A DNA stretch of 64,000 nucleotides, from assembly GCA_937136055.1 (NCBI GenBank), contig CAKZOD010000043.1, positions 26,783 to 90,782 on the forward strand, given 5' to 3'. Position numbers and translations under genes: made by a program. The stretch comes from an uncultured Oceanospirillaceae bacterium (GTDB lineage Bacteria; Pseudomonadota; Gammaproteobacteria; Pseudomonadales; Balneatricaceae). Positions 1 through 8,636 of this stretch are shown here, piece after piece (position 1 is the stretch's first letter; each line of letters opens with the position of its first letter). The notes under the pieces were generated by a model. That model was not told the DNA's origin. It saw only the letters and a list, made by a program, of their open reading frames with translations, and searched no databases.

Positions 1-137
1 TCTTTTACAAGCTTCCATTCATCGTGGGGGGTAATTAGGGCATAAACCACTTTAAAGGCGAGAAGTAAAATAATAGATACCGCGAAATAAAGTGCGAAAT
101 CGAGTAGGCCGAAAAGCGAAGATTGAATCGCTTGCAT
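1..137 (-). CDS. yjfL: DUF350 family membrane protein (YjfL-like), 5' part only; runs off the window edge
   Basis: Not in the ORF track. Manual translation from ATG at 137: MQAIQSSLFGLLDFALYFAVSIILLLAFKVVYALITPHDEWKLVK, matching the YjfL pattern '..ITPHxEWxLIK'. AAGGAG RBS upstream; follows yjfK as in the E. coli yjfIJKL order. Confidence 0.85.
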   Translation of the reverse strand, partial: MQAIQSSLFGLLDFALYFAVSIILLLAFKVVYALITPHDEWKLVK

Positions 138-247
138 AGTGAAGCTCCTTGTTAGATTGTGCTTTAAAAAACGTTAAATGACTTTTGTCACAGTATTGAG
201 CATTTTAAAATCAACGGGTTAAAGTTGAAAGCCTTTAAAGGTGCTCT

Positions 248-904
248 TTAGCCGATTATTTGTAAATCCGCTGGCTGTAAATCAAAACCGGTCATCTTTA
301 CCATGCAGCGATCTGCTCGGTTATCGATTATTTTCTCTTCCCCTGAGAACATGACATATTCAAATAGCTCTGCTTTTACTTCGCGCTCATAAAGCATGCA
401 AAATTGATCTGTCTCAGAAGTGCTGCCATCTTGAGCGTAGGTTTTTTCACTCATGGCAACAGGTGCTGCTATTTCTTGTGCAGCGTTTTCCCAAACAGGG
501 GAGAATTGGTGATCTTCCAGTGTGATGCTCTCTTGGCTGATGGTGTCGCTCAAGACTTTATCCCATTGATCTTTACTGCTGATGCTCTGGGTGTCATAGA
601 AATACCAAAGCTTAACGTCGCTGATATGATTTTCTGTCATACCGCCTTCAAGTAGAACTTGGATAAAGCCATCGTCATCGGTGTAATAGCGCAACACTGT
701 GGTCGTATCGTCCAGCTTCACTTCTCCAACTGCTTGGATTAGGTGAGTGGTAGCAGCCCCCTCAATAATTAGATCGGGCTCTATTAAGCGCATTTTTAAG
801 CTGTCGAGTTCAAAGGCACCGCCAATACGCAAACCCATAATTTCTGGGGCTTGAGGTGCTTGTGGTGCTTTTTCTGGCTCGCGGCCAAACCATTTTTTAA
901 ACAT
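248..904 (-). CDS. yjfK: DUF2491 family protein (YjfK-like)
   Basis: 218 aa; N-terminal 'FKKWFG..P..MGLRIGGAFELD' and 'LRYYTDDDGFIQV' resemble YjfK; expected operon position. Confidence 0.8.
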   Translation of the reverse strand: MFKKWFGREPEKAPQAPQAPEIMGLRIGGAFELDSLKMRLIEPDLIIEGAATTHLIQAVGEVKLDDTTTVLRYYTDDDGFIQVLLEGGMTENHISDVKLWYFYDTQSISSKDQWDKVLSDTISQESITLEDHQFSPVWENAAQEIAAPVAMSEKTYAQDGSTSETDQFCMLYEREVKAELFEYVMFSGEEKIIDNRADRCMVKMTGFDLQPADLQIIG

Positions 905-915
905 CGCTGACTCCT

Positions 916-1950
916 TTATTGCCAGTTAACCTGCTGTATGCGTTGTGCTGCTATGTAATACAGCGTTGTGCCACTTTGTACTTGGTGATCCAAATCTGGA
1001 TTAACCTGAATGTTCTCTGGGCCATTGGGTGCTAAACCAATGAGTGTTGCTTGGTATTCGTGCTTGAACTTATGAAACAGTGCTTCGAATGTTGTGCTGT
1101 TGTTGTCATCATAACGAATAGAAAACTGCGTCATGCCACTGTTTGAATCTAGCAGTTGCTTGTGCAAAATACTTGAACCGGGATCCATGGCTGACTTGGC
1201 TAGCATCTCTACAGCAACAGAAGGCATGCTTTCAACGTTAGGGCAGTGGCTCTTCAATAGGCTGCCTAGTTGCTCGTCTTTAAAATAGGCAATGGTGTGC
1301 GCATCGGGATTTTGCTGAGAGCAAAAAAGCGCTGTTGTCATTGTAATGTCATCATCGGGATTGTCGATGATAATGCAGCTAGCTTCGCCGATGGCAGCGC
1401 GTTGCATATCTTGCAAGTTGCTAAAACTAGTGGTTTTAACAAAGCCAATAGTGTCGGGAAATGGATTTTCTATATCAGCTTTAACGCAAAGCGCGATCTT
1501 TTGATCGCTTTGGCTGTCTTGTACTTCTTTTAAAAGTAGGCGGATGAGCTGTAACGTACGATGACCATTCCAGCCGATCACTAAAATATGTTTTTGATAG
1601 TCTAGGGATTTCAAACCTTTTACTCCTCTGCGCCAGCGGTGGGAAACTAAAGCGGCGATGCGGCCAATAACTAAACCAAATAAGCTTAAACCAAACGGGA
1701 TAATTAACAGCGCTGTGATGTATTTACCTTGAACGGTAGTAGGGGAGAAATCGCCATAACCTACCGTTGAGGCCGTTACAACAATCCAGTAGATAAAGTT
1801 GTCGCTGTGGGTGATGTCTGTCTCTCCACTTAGGGAGAGCAATATCCAGCTGGCTGCAAAGTAAAAAGCGATGGCCAGCAAAATGCTGTGCCATCGCAAA
1901 TCGATGAAGTACTTAATGAGAATCCTGCGGACTTTAAGTAACGCAATCAT
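916..1950 (-). CDS. 2TM potassium channel with C-terminal RCK/TrkA-N domain
   Basis: Canonical selectivity filter TVGYGD between two hydrophobic helices, followed by an RCK Rossmann-like segment 'HILVIGWN'. Confidence 0.9.
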   Translation of the reverse strand: MIALLKVRRILIKYFIDLRWHSILLAIAFYFAASWILLSLSGETDITHSDNFIYWIVVTASTVGYGDFSPTTVQGKYITALLIIPFGLSLFGLVIGRIAALVSHRWRRGVKGLKSLDYQKHILVIGWNGHRTLQLIRLLLKEVQDSQSDQKIALCVKADIENPFPDTIGFVKTTSFSNLQDMQRAAIGEASCIIIDNPDDDITMTTALFCSQQNPDAHTIAYFKDEQLGSLLKSHCPNVESMPSVAVEMLAKSAMDPGSSILHKQLLDSNSGMTQFSIRYDDNNSTTFEALFHKFKHEYQATLIGLAPNGPENIQVNPDLDHQVQSGTTLYYIAAQRIQQVNWQ

Positions 1951-1953
1951 TGT

Positions 1954-2640
1954 TTATTTCTTACCAAGAATCCTTGCTAGTTCATCATCAGCAGAAGTGT
2001 TGCCACCTGTAATGCCGGCATTTTGTAGACGCTTTTCTAGCTCGTCACCTGACTCATCAGCTGCGAGTTCGTTAGCAGCTTCCATTTCAGCTTGGCGTTG
2101 GCCTTGCTTTTCTTGGATGCGTGCAAGTGATTCAGCGGCTGTTTTCATTTTACCGTTAGCACCTAAATGCTTTGAGGAAACGGCAACTTGTGCTTTTTGC
2201 ACTGATTCAGTGGCCTTTACCATATCAACTTGTTGCTCCATGCGGCGCAAGTTGTTTTTAGCTTGGCTGATGTTGCTTCTCAACGTTGTTTCAGATTGAG
2301 TGAACTGATCAACGTACTGTTGCTCTGCATCCATTTGGCTGCGTAGATCAACAACTTTGTGTGCACAGTCAAGGGCGAGGGCTTGATCGCCTTTTTCGCT
2401 GGCCGCTTGAGCGTGACCTTCGTATTCGCTGATCGACTTTTGAAAGCCTGCAACTTTTTGCTGAGCTAACTTGCGCTTTGCCATAATCTGCGTCAACGCG
2501 TGATCAGAGCTGCGTAGCTCATCTTTTGCTTCGCGAATTTCTTGATCTAAGATACGCAGTGCCTGACTGTCTGCAACTGTTTCAGCAGCCTCATTTACTC
2601 CACCCTTTACAGCAGTGACTAATCTTTTCCAAACACTCAT
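1954..2640 (-). CDS. yjfJ: PspA/IM30 (ESCRT-III-like) family protein, YjfJ-like
   Basis: 228 aa coiled-coil; N-terminal amphipathic helix 'MSVWKRLVTAVKG'; 'ILDQEIREA' and C-terminal 'DELEKRL' are typical of PspA/IM30. Confidence 0.9.
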   Translation of the reverse strand: MSVWKRLVTAVKGGVNEAAETVADSQALRILDQEIREAKDELRSSDHALTQIMAKRKLAQQKVAGFQKSISEYEGHAQAASEKGDQALALDCAHKVVDLRSQMDAEQQYVDQFTQSETTLRSNISQAKNNLRRMEQQVDMVKATESVQKAQVAVSSKHLGANGKMKTAAESLARIQEKQGQRQAEMEAANELAADESGDELEKRLQNAGITGGNTSADDELARILGKK

Positions 2641-2653
2641 GTTATCTTCCTCT

Positions 2654-3043
2654 TTACTTTAAATAATCTTCGTAGGCATCTAAAAATGCGGCGACATTGT
2701 CAAATAATGTCTCTACTTCAATAATGATGCTCTCTTCTTTAGATTGCGATGACAGTGCACCAAACGCCATGTAGTAATCATCATCTTCAACATTGGTAAT
2801 GCCAATTGTTGTCAGCGGGAAAACTTGATGAGTTTTGAGTATATGCTCATTCAGTGCAGCGCTATCTGTAACTGAGCTGCTGGCGAACAAAATAGATTCG
2901 ACAACAATCTGCTCACCACTTACGGCTACGTATGCATCTAATCCATCTTCATTGGTAATAAACAGGCAGTTGTTCTCGCTGTGAACGACCCATTTATTTT
3001 GCTTTGAGAGTGACGCTTCGATTGCTGAAAGGTCCCAATTCAT
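2654..3043 (-). CDS. yjfI: YjfI / DUF2170 family protein
   Basis: 129 aa acidic protein with 'VSGEQIVVESILF', 'FPLTTIGI' and 'YYMAFGALSSQS' motifs; first gene upstream of pspA. Confidence 0.8.
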   Translation of the reverse strand: MNWDLSAIEASLSKQNKWVVHSENNCLFITNEDGLDAYVAVSGEQIVVESILFASSSVTDSAALNEHILKTHQVFPLTTIGITNVEDDDYYMAFGALSSQSKEESIIIEVETLFDNVAAFLDAYEDYLK

Positions 3044-3161
3044 GTGTGCATCTCCTAAAAAATTTAATCAGAACACTCGACGTGTGCCGATTGAGCTTAT
3101 ATTATATAAATTATACGTGCTGTAAAGTAAAAATAACTCTTTTTTAGAATATATTTTGTTT

Positions 3162-3185
3162 TTTTGTAAAGTATACGTTACAAAA
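3162..3185. promoter_or_regulatory. 24-bp near-perfect palindrome, candidate operator
   Basis: TTTTGTAA-A-GTATAC-G-TTACAAAA has one mismatched pair. It lies in the yjfI/DUF6471 divergent intergenic region; a related half-site TAAATTATACGT is at 3107-3118. Confidence 0.55.
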
Positions 3186-3217
3186 TTTATTCTCTAACCT
3201 ATTTAAGGTGACCCTGC

Positions 3218-3493
3218 ATGACCGATCTTGAATCAACTACAGACTACCGTGAACTGATTAGCCGTCTGGTTAAATCAGAAATGTCGAAACGTAAAATAAA
3301 ATACGAAGATCTGAGTCAGTTATTGGCCAAACAAGGTACGCAGCAATCAAGTGCCAATTTAAGAAACAAGATTAATCGAGGGATAATGGGAGCAGATTTG
3401 TTCATTCAGCTGATCTTAGTGCTCAATGTAAAACAAATTGATAGAGACTCCGTCCTCGAAATTATTGCAAGCCTTGATGACAATAACGGCTAA
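3218..3493 (+). CDS. DUF6471 family small HTH-like protein, putative regulator
   Basis: 91 aa; 'LVKSEMSKRKIKYEDLSQLL...ANLRNKINRG...ADLFIQLI' matches the DUF6471 pattern as recalled; transcribed divergently from the yjf operon. Confidence 0.7.
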   Translation: MTDLESTTDYRELISRLVKSEMSKRKIKYEDLSQLLAKQGTQQSSANLRNKINRGIMGADLFIQLILVLNVKQIDRDSVLEIIASLDDNNG

Positions 3494-3699
3494 AATATAC
3501 AACATTTGTGTATAAATAGCGCCTTTAATCTTGATTGAACGAACATTAAGTATATGACAGTTCTTAATGTTTTGGTTCCAGCGTGGAAACTTATTTTTTA
3601 TTTATGAAAAGAACAGCTTATAGCGTGCAATGAAGAGTTTGCTAGAAGCGGGTTTGCGTGGCGCTAGGTATCTAAAAGAAGGCTGGGAGCATAAACACG

Positions 3700-3732
3700 C
3701 TACCTGCTAAGGGCTTAGGTCTTAGCAGGTAG
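3700..3732. terminator. 12-bp stem-loop downstream of the M24 peptidase gene
   Basis: CTACCTGCTAAG-N9-CTTAGCAGGTAG, 7 nt after the stop at 3740; no clear U-tract. Confidence 0.45.
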
Positions 3733-3739
3733 GTTGTAT

Positions 3740-4951
3740 TTAGTAATTAAATGGGTTGTTAATCGAAGAAGAAGGCTCAGTAAACCACTTGGGGCCTTGT
3801 TCAGTCATATAAAAATGATCTTCCAAGCGGATGCCGTACTCATCGGGAATCACAAGCATAGGTTCATTTGAAAAACACATGCCAGGGGCGAGTAACGTTT
3901 GTTCCGCTTTATTTAAATAAGGCCATTCGTGAATATCTAGTCCAATGCCATGACCTGTACGGTGAGGGCAGCCTGGTGTTTGATACTCAGGCCCCATGCC
4001 TTGGGAGGCGAGGTATGAGCGCGCTGCGTTATCAATCACGGCGCAAGGTTGGCCGTTGATGGCAGCATCAAATGCACTTTGTTGAGCGTTGCGTTCAACC
4101 TGCCACATGGCAGTTTGCTTTTCATTGGCTTTGCCAAATACATAGCTGCGGGTGATATCTGAAATATAGTCGCCAATCATACAGCCAGTATCGATCAAGA
4201 CCATGTCATTTTCTTTCAAGGGTTGTGGGTCTTTAACACCATGTGGGAAAGAGGAGTCTTTACCAAAAAGGACAATGCAAAAATAAGAGCCTTTAGGTGC
4301 CCCCATTTTACGGTGCGCGGCGTCAATAAAAGTGCTCACTTCTGTAGTGCTAATGCCAGTATATAAAATGCGTGCTGCAGCTTTTTGTACTTCTAAAGTG
4401 ATGTTTTTAGCTTTTTGGATTAGCGCTAATTCTTTATCTGACTTAATGGCTCTGCAGCCTGCGGTAATTTCTTTTGCGCTGACTAATTGATAGTGTTCAC
4501 TGGTAAGTGCAATACCATTGCTAATAAAGAAAGGCGTGGCTTCATCAATGCCGATGTTACCATTATTGATTCCCATGCACTTAAGTGTATGGCAAAAAAG
4601 CGCGTAAGGGCTTTCGTGTTCTTGCCAGGTTTCAATATCTCCTTGCACTTGCATGAACTGAGTAATCGTGCCTTTCTCAAAGTGAGGTGCAATATAAACA
4701 ACAGCGCCTTTTGCAGGCAAAATAGCGCCCACCATACGCTCGCTAGGATGCCAGCGCATGCCTGTAAAATAAAATAAGTTAGTACCGGCATTGAGATAAA
4801 TAGCATCAATGTCATTTTGCTGCATTAAACGTTGAGCGTTTTCAATGCGCTGTTTGAATTCAAGTTCGTTAATTGTAGAAATATCGCCACATGCATTTTC
4901 AAGCTTTGCTAGCTCTGTTGCGCTATCACTACCACCTACGCCTATTGTCAT
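3740..4951 (-). CDS. Xaa-Pro peptidase (M24B family)
   Basis: Creatinase-like N domain plus pita-bread metal ligands: 'SFPHG', 'DTGC..GDYISDITRS', 'HRTGHGIGLDIHE', 'SNEP', 'IRLED'. Confidence 0.92.
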   Translation of the reverse strand: MTIGVGGSDSATELAKLENACGDISTINELEFKQRIENAQRLMQQNDIDAIYLNAGTNLFYFTGMRWHPSERMVGAILPAKGAVVYIAPHFEKGTITQFMQVQGDIETWQEHESPYALFCHTLKCMGINNGNIGIDEATPFFISNGIALTSEHYQLVSAKEITAGCRAIKSDKELALIQKAKNITLEVQKAAARILYTGISTTEVSTFIDAAHRKMGAPKGSYFCIVLFGKDSSFPHGVKDPQPLKENDMVLIDTGCMIGDYISDITRSYVFGKANEKQTAMWQVERNAQQSAFDAAINGQPCAVIDNAARSYLASQGMGPEYQTPGCPHRTGHGIGLDIHEWPYLNKAEQTLLAPGMCFSNEPMLVIPDEYGIRLEDHFYMTEQGPKWFTEPSSSINNPFNY

Positions 4952-5037
4952 ATTGAACCTCTAAAAACGAATGCCTTAATTTGTGTTTGGGGCAGCACGA
5001 TATGTGTGCCCGCTTAAGTAAAGATGGTAGTCGATGG

Positions 5038-6501
5038 TTATAAGCTTGCCAGCAATTTAACGAGTAGGCGCCAGAAGTCATCAACTGAGCTGATTTCCAA
5101 GCGCTCTTGAGGTGAATGGGCACCGCGAATGTTAGGTCCAAAAGAAACCATCTCCATTTTAGGGTACTTAGCCCCAATAATGCCGCATTCTAACCCTGCA
5201 TGGATGACTTTAACCTTAGCGGGAAAACCCATTTCTTGCTGGTGAATGTCTAAAAATTGCTTTAAAAGACCGGTGTTAGGATCGGGTAGCCAGCCTGGGT
5301 ACTCGCTATCAAGCTGCGCTTGAATGCCGGCAAGTGCGAGGCATGCAGCTGTCTTTTGTGCCAGAGCATTGGTTTGTGAGTCCTCTAGGGATCTTGCTAA
5401 TAAGCAAACAGAAAGCTCGCCGTTATCTAGAGTGATAACGCCTAAGTTAATCGAAGTGTGAGTCACATTTTCAAGCTCTCTGCTCATGCTTTCAACGCCA
5501 TGGGGTAGGGCATAAAGTAAATTAATGACTTCTGATTGGCTTTGTGAGGAGATTTGCTGTTGCGCTTTTTCGACTTCACTCAAGGATATTTCAAGAAAGT
5601 CATCGACGCCTTTTAATTGCGCCTTAAAAGTAGCGAGTTGCTGGGTAATGATTTGTTGTGCTTTTTCTAGCTCAGTGGCTGTAAAGTTCAGTGTGCTTAC
5701 AGCTTCTCTCGCGATTGCGTTGCGCAGTGTACCGCCTTCAATGCTGCTGATTGAGAAGTCACATTGCTTGTTTAGCTGGTCCAGTAAACGTGCCAGTAGA
5801 ACGTTGGCGCTACCGACACCTTTATGAATGTCGAGACCTGAGTGGCCGCCGCGTAAGCCGCTGATTTTTAGCTCATAGCTTGAGCTGTCAGATGCCGTGG
5901 CTAAGGTGTCGTATTGTTTGGCGCCATTGATGTCTACGCCACCTGCGCAGCCAATGTAAACTTCACCGCGGTCTTCTGAATCCAGGTTTAATAAGATAGT
6001 GCCTTCTAGAATGCCGCTTTCTAGTTCAGTGGCGCCTCTAAGGCTTGTTTCTTCTTCAATGGTAAATAGCGCCTCGATAGGGCCGTGCGCAATATCGTTG
6101 CTGGCAAGTACTGCAAGTGCAGCGGCTACCCCAATGCCGTTGTCAGCGCCAAGTGTGGTCCCAATTGCACTTACCCAGCCGTCATTGATTTGGGTGAGAA
6201 TAGGATCGTTGACAAAATCGTGTTCAGTATCTGCGTTCTTTTGGGCGACGATGTCTAAGTGGCCTTGTAAAACAATAGTCTTTCTATTTTCCATGCCAGC
6301 TGTGGCAGGTTTTTTTATCAATAAGTTACCACAAGTATCAATGTAACAAGATAAGCCTATGCCTTGTGCCCAATCTAAAATTACTTGGCGAATTTTTTGT
6401 TCATGGAAAGAGGGGCGAGGGGTGTCACATAGTAATTGGAACTGCTTCCAAATTTCAGTAGGTTGCAGGTCAAGTAAAGGTCTGTGATGTGTATTGGGCA
6501 T
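5038..6501 (-). CDS. pepD: Aminoacyl-histidine dipeptidase (M20)
   Basis: 'LQGHLDIV', 'TTLGADNGIG', 'EEETSL', 'GGHSGLDI', 'HAGLECG', 'AHSPQER'. Confidence 0.95.
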   Translation of the reverse strand: MPNTHHRPLLDLQPTEIWKQFQLLCDTPRPSFHEQKIRQVILDWAQGIGLSCYIDTCGNLLIKKPATAGMENRKTIVLQGHLDIVAQKNADTEHDFVNDPILTQINDGWVSAIGTTLGADNGIGVAAALAVLASNDIAHGPIEALFTIEEETSLRGATELESGILEGTILLNLDSEDRGEVYIGCAGGVDINGAKQYDTLATASDSSSYELKISGLRGGHSGLDIHKGVGSANVLLARLLDQLNKQCDFSISSIEGGTLRNAIAREAVSTLNFTATELEKAQQIITQQLATFKAQLKGVDDFLEISLSEVEKAQQQISSQSQSEVINLLYALPHGVESMSRELENVTHTSINLGVITLDNGELSVCLLARSLEDSQTNALAQKTAACLALAGIQAQLDSEYPGWLPDPNTGLLKQFLDIHQQEMGFPAKVKVIHAGLECGIIGAKYPKMEMVSFGPNIRGAHSPQERLEISSVDDFWRLLVKLLASL

Positions 6502-6653
6502 AGTCTAACGCTTCTTCTAAGGTTTTGGTGATAGAGTTTAGATGAGCCGCGTACTTTACCTTTTTATAGGGAAGAATAGTAGAATAGGAGGATGTAGATT
6601 AAGAAAAATGCTTAATGATGCATTTATGGGTGAGCAAGCCGCTGCTTTTTGTA

Positions 6654-6830
6654 TTAATTTTGACGGCTGTTTTGCTGCGACTTAATAACTTTCTTCACAG
6701 TACATGCGCATTTTCCGCATTGGTCGGCAATGCACATCTCTTTGTTTAGATCACGTAAAGTGCGAGCACCTTGGTCAACGTGCATTTTAATTTGGCTGTC
6801 AGTAACGGCATTGCAAATACAAATATACAT
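6654..6830 (-). CDS. bfd: Bacterioferritin-associated ferredoxin (2Fe-2S), 58 aa
   Basis: Below the ORF-track cutoff. Manual translation MYICICNAVTDSQIKMHVDQGARTLRDLNKEMCIADQCGKCACTVKKVIKSQQNSRQN* has the Bfd C-X-C...C-X2-C motif; divergent from the bfr genes. Confidence 0.93.
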   Translation of the reverse strand: MYICICNAVTDSQIKMHVDQGARTLRDLNKEMCIADQCGKCACTVKKVIKSQQNSRQN

Positions 6831-6882
6831 AAATCAACAACTTGTCAGAAGAGTTATATTTAAAGTTAATAAACTAGATGTA

Positions 6883-6901
6883 AATAATAATGATTATTAT
6901 T
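6883..6901. promoter_or_regulatory. Fur box
   Basis: AATAATAAT-G-ATTATTATT is a perfect 9-1-9 inverted repeat close to the GATAATGATAATCATTATC consensus, 52 bp upstream of the bfd ATG. Confidence 0.75.
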
Positions 6902-7073
6902 TGAATTACAATAGTAAGAAGTAAAAAAATAGAAAGTAAAACTTGATGAGAAACGTAATGAGAAAGGTTATTAACGTGTAAGTTGTTGGTATATAAAGAA
7001 ATATTGTTCAATTTTAAGATGGATGTTAAGATGCGCTTATGCAAATATGCAGACTTAAGTGTTGGAGAGTAAA

Positions 7074-7544
7074 ATGCAAGGTGATAAAGCGGTAATCGGT
7101 CAGTTAAATAAAGTACTGACATTCAAGCTCACATCAATCAATCAGTATTTTTTACATGCACGCATGTACAAGAACTGGGGATTAGGGGAGCTAAATTCAA
7201 AGGCTTATAAAAAATCGATCAAAGATATGAAGCAGGCTGATGATTTGATCGAAAGAGTGCTCTTCTTGGAAGGATTGCCAAACTTGCAGCATCTAGAAAG
7301 ATTACGCATTGGTGAGAATACAGAGGAAATGCTCAGTTGTGATATGCAATTACAATATGAGCTAATGGCATTGCTACGAGATGCGATTGCACTATCTGAA
7401 GAGAAGCGCGATTACGTTAGCCGCGATGTGCTTGAAGAAATCCTTGAGTATGAGGAAGAGCATGTTGATTGGATAGAAGCGCAGCAATACTTGATTGAAC
7501 AATCCGGTATTCAAAATTACCTACAATCGCAAATGGGAGAGTAA
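7074..7544 (+). CDS. bfr: Bacterioferritin, heme-binding subunit with degenerate ferroxidase centre
   Basis: Bfr fold; heme ligand Met52 present; ferroxidase ligands altered (E18K, E51D, H54Q, E94Q). Start moved to ATG 7074, which follows a GGAGAG RBS. Confidence 0.92.
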   Translation: MQGDKAVIGQLNKVLTFKLTSINQYFLHARMYKNWGLGELNSKAYKKSIKDMKQADDLIERVLFLEGLPNLQHLERLRIGENTEEMLSCDMQLQYELMALLRDAIALSEEKRDYVSRDVLEEILEYEEEHVDWIEAQQYLIEQSGIQNYLQSQMGE

Positions 7545-7546
7545 CA

Positions 7547-8014
7547 ATGAAAGGTAGTGATAAAGTAATAGCAGCATTAAATACTCTTTTGGCGAGTGAA
7601 CTAGCAGCAATGGATCAATATTTTATCCATTCGTGCATGTATGACGATTGGGGTTTAAGTAAATTACACGCGCGTATCTCTCATGAGTTCGATGATGAAA
7701 AGGGCCATGCAGAGCTTTTAATCCAACGCATTCTGTTTTTAGAAGGGCGTCCAAATATGGTTGCTCGTGATCCAATCAATGTCGGTGAAGATGTACCTGC
7801 AATGCTGCAGTCTGATTTAGATATTGAGTATGGTGTTGCAAATACCTTAAAGGAAACGATCGCGCTTTGTGAAACAGAAAAAGATTACCAAACCCGTGAA
7901 ATTCTTGAGAAGTTACTTGAAGATACCGAAGAAGATCACGCTTACTGGCTGGAAAAGCAGCTGGGCTTAATCAAGCGCATTGGTTTACCTAATTATCTTC
8001 AATCGCAAATGTAA
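7547..8014 (+). CDS. bfr: Bacterioferritin, ferroxidase subunit lacking the heme Met (BfrA/FtnA-like)
   Basis: E18, E51, H54, E94 and E128/H131 intact; Lys at position 52. Confidence 0.92.
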   Translation: MKGSDKVIAALNTLLASELAAMDQYFIHSCMYDDWGLSKLHARISHEFDDEKGHAELLIQRILFLEGRPNMVARDPINVGEDVPAMLQSDLDIEYGVANTLKETIALCETEKDYQTREILEKLLEDTEEDHAYWLEKQLGLIKRIGLPNYLQSQM

Positions 8015-8055
8015 GCATACTGCTAGATAGCGTTATGTAGATTTATTTTGATTAT

Positions 8056-8082
8056 AAAACGGGCCTAGTGCTCGTTTTTTTT
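8056..8082 (+). terminator. Rho-independent terminator of the bfr operon
   Basis: AAAACGGGC-CTAGT-GCTCGTTTT followed by a T run. Confidence 0.65.
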
Positions 8083-8636
8083 ATGAAATTTAAGGGAGGT
8101 GATGGATTGTGATTATTTTCAATCACCTCAAATAGAAATGTAACAAAGTGTATCGATCTTTAAATAATAAATTAAATAAAAAAATAGTTTTAAAAAGAAT
8201 TGATTAGAAGTGAATTCAAACTGAAGTTTTTAGCGTTTTGTTAATTTTATGTTCTGAGTAAATCTCTGTTTTAGCTAAAAAGATATTAAAGTACTGTAAG
8301 TCTCTGTTTCATTGAAACTTTCTGTTCATGTTTTTGCAACAAGCTATCAATTTTACAAATAACTATTTTGCATTGATTTTTGCTTATAAAAGTATCTTTG
8401 AGTAGAAAGCCAGCAATCAAGACTATTATTTAACCGTTTGATTTATAAAATAGCTTTGACCTTGCTCAGCTAGGAGTCAGTTAGCGAGTTCGCGCTCTTG
8501 ACTTGAGTTTTTTCTCATGCAGAATACTGGCTGGTCTAAAATTTCTTTAGGCAAGTTATAACAAAAAAATAATACAGTTTCAGTTCTCTCTAGTTTGTTT
8601 TATATCGAGGAATTGAAGTGTTTATGAGGATAAATC

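Noticed and set aside
6730-6924. 64-aa + strand ORF (and 6874..7122 - strand ORF)
   Set aside because: Shadow of the real bfd gene on the opposite strand and of the AT-rich Fur/promoter region; no protein motifs.
8108-8123. CRP-like site TGTGA-N6-TCAAT upstream of dppA
   Set aside because: Only 3 of 5 match in the second half-site within very AT-rich DNA; too weak to call.
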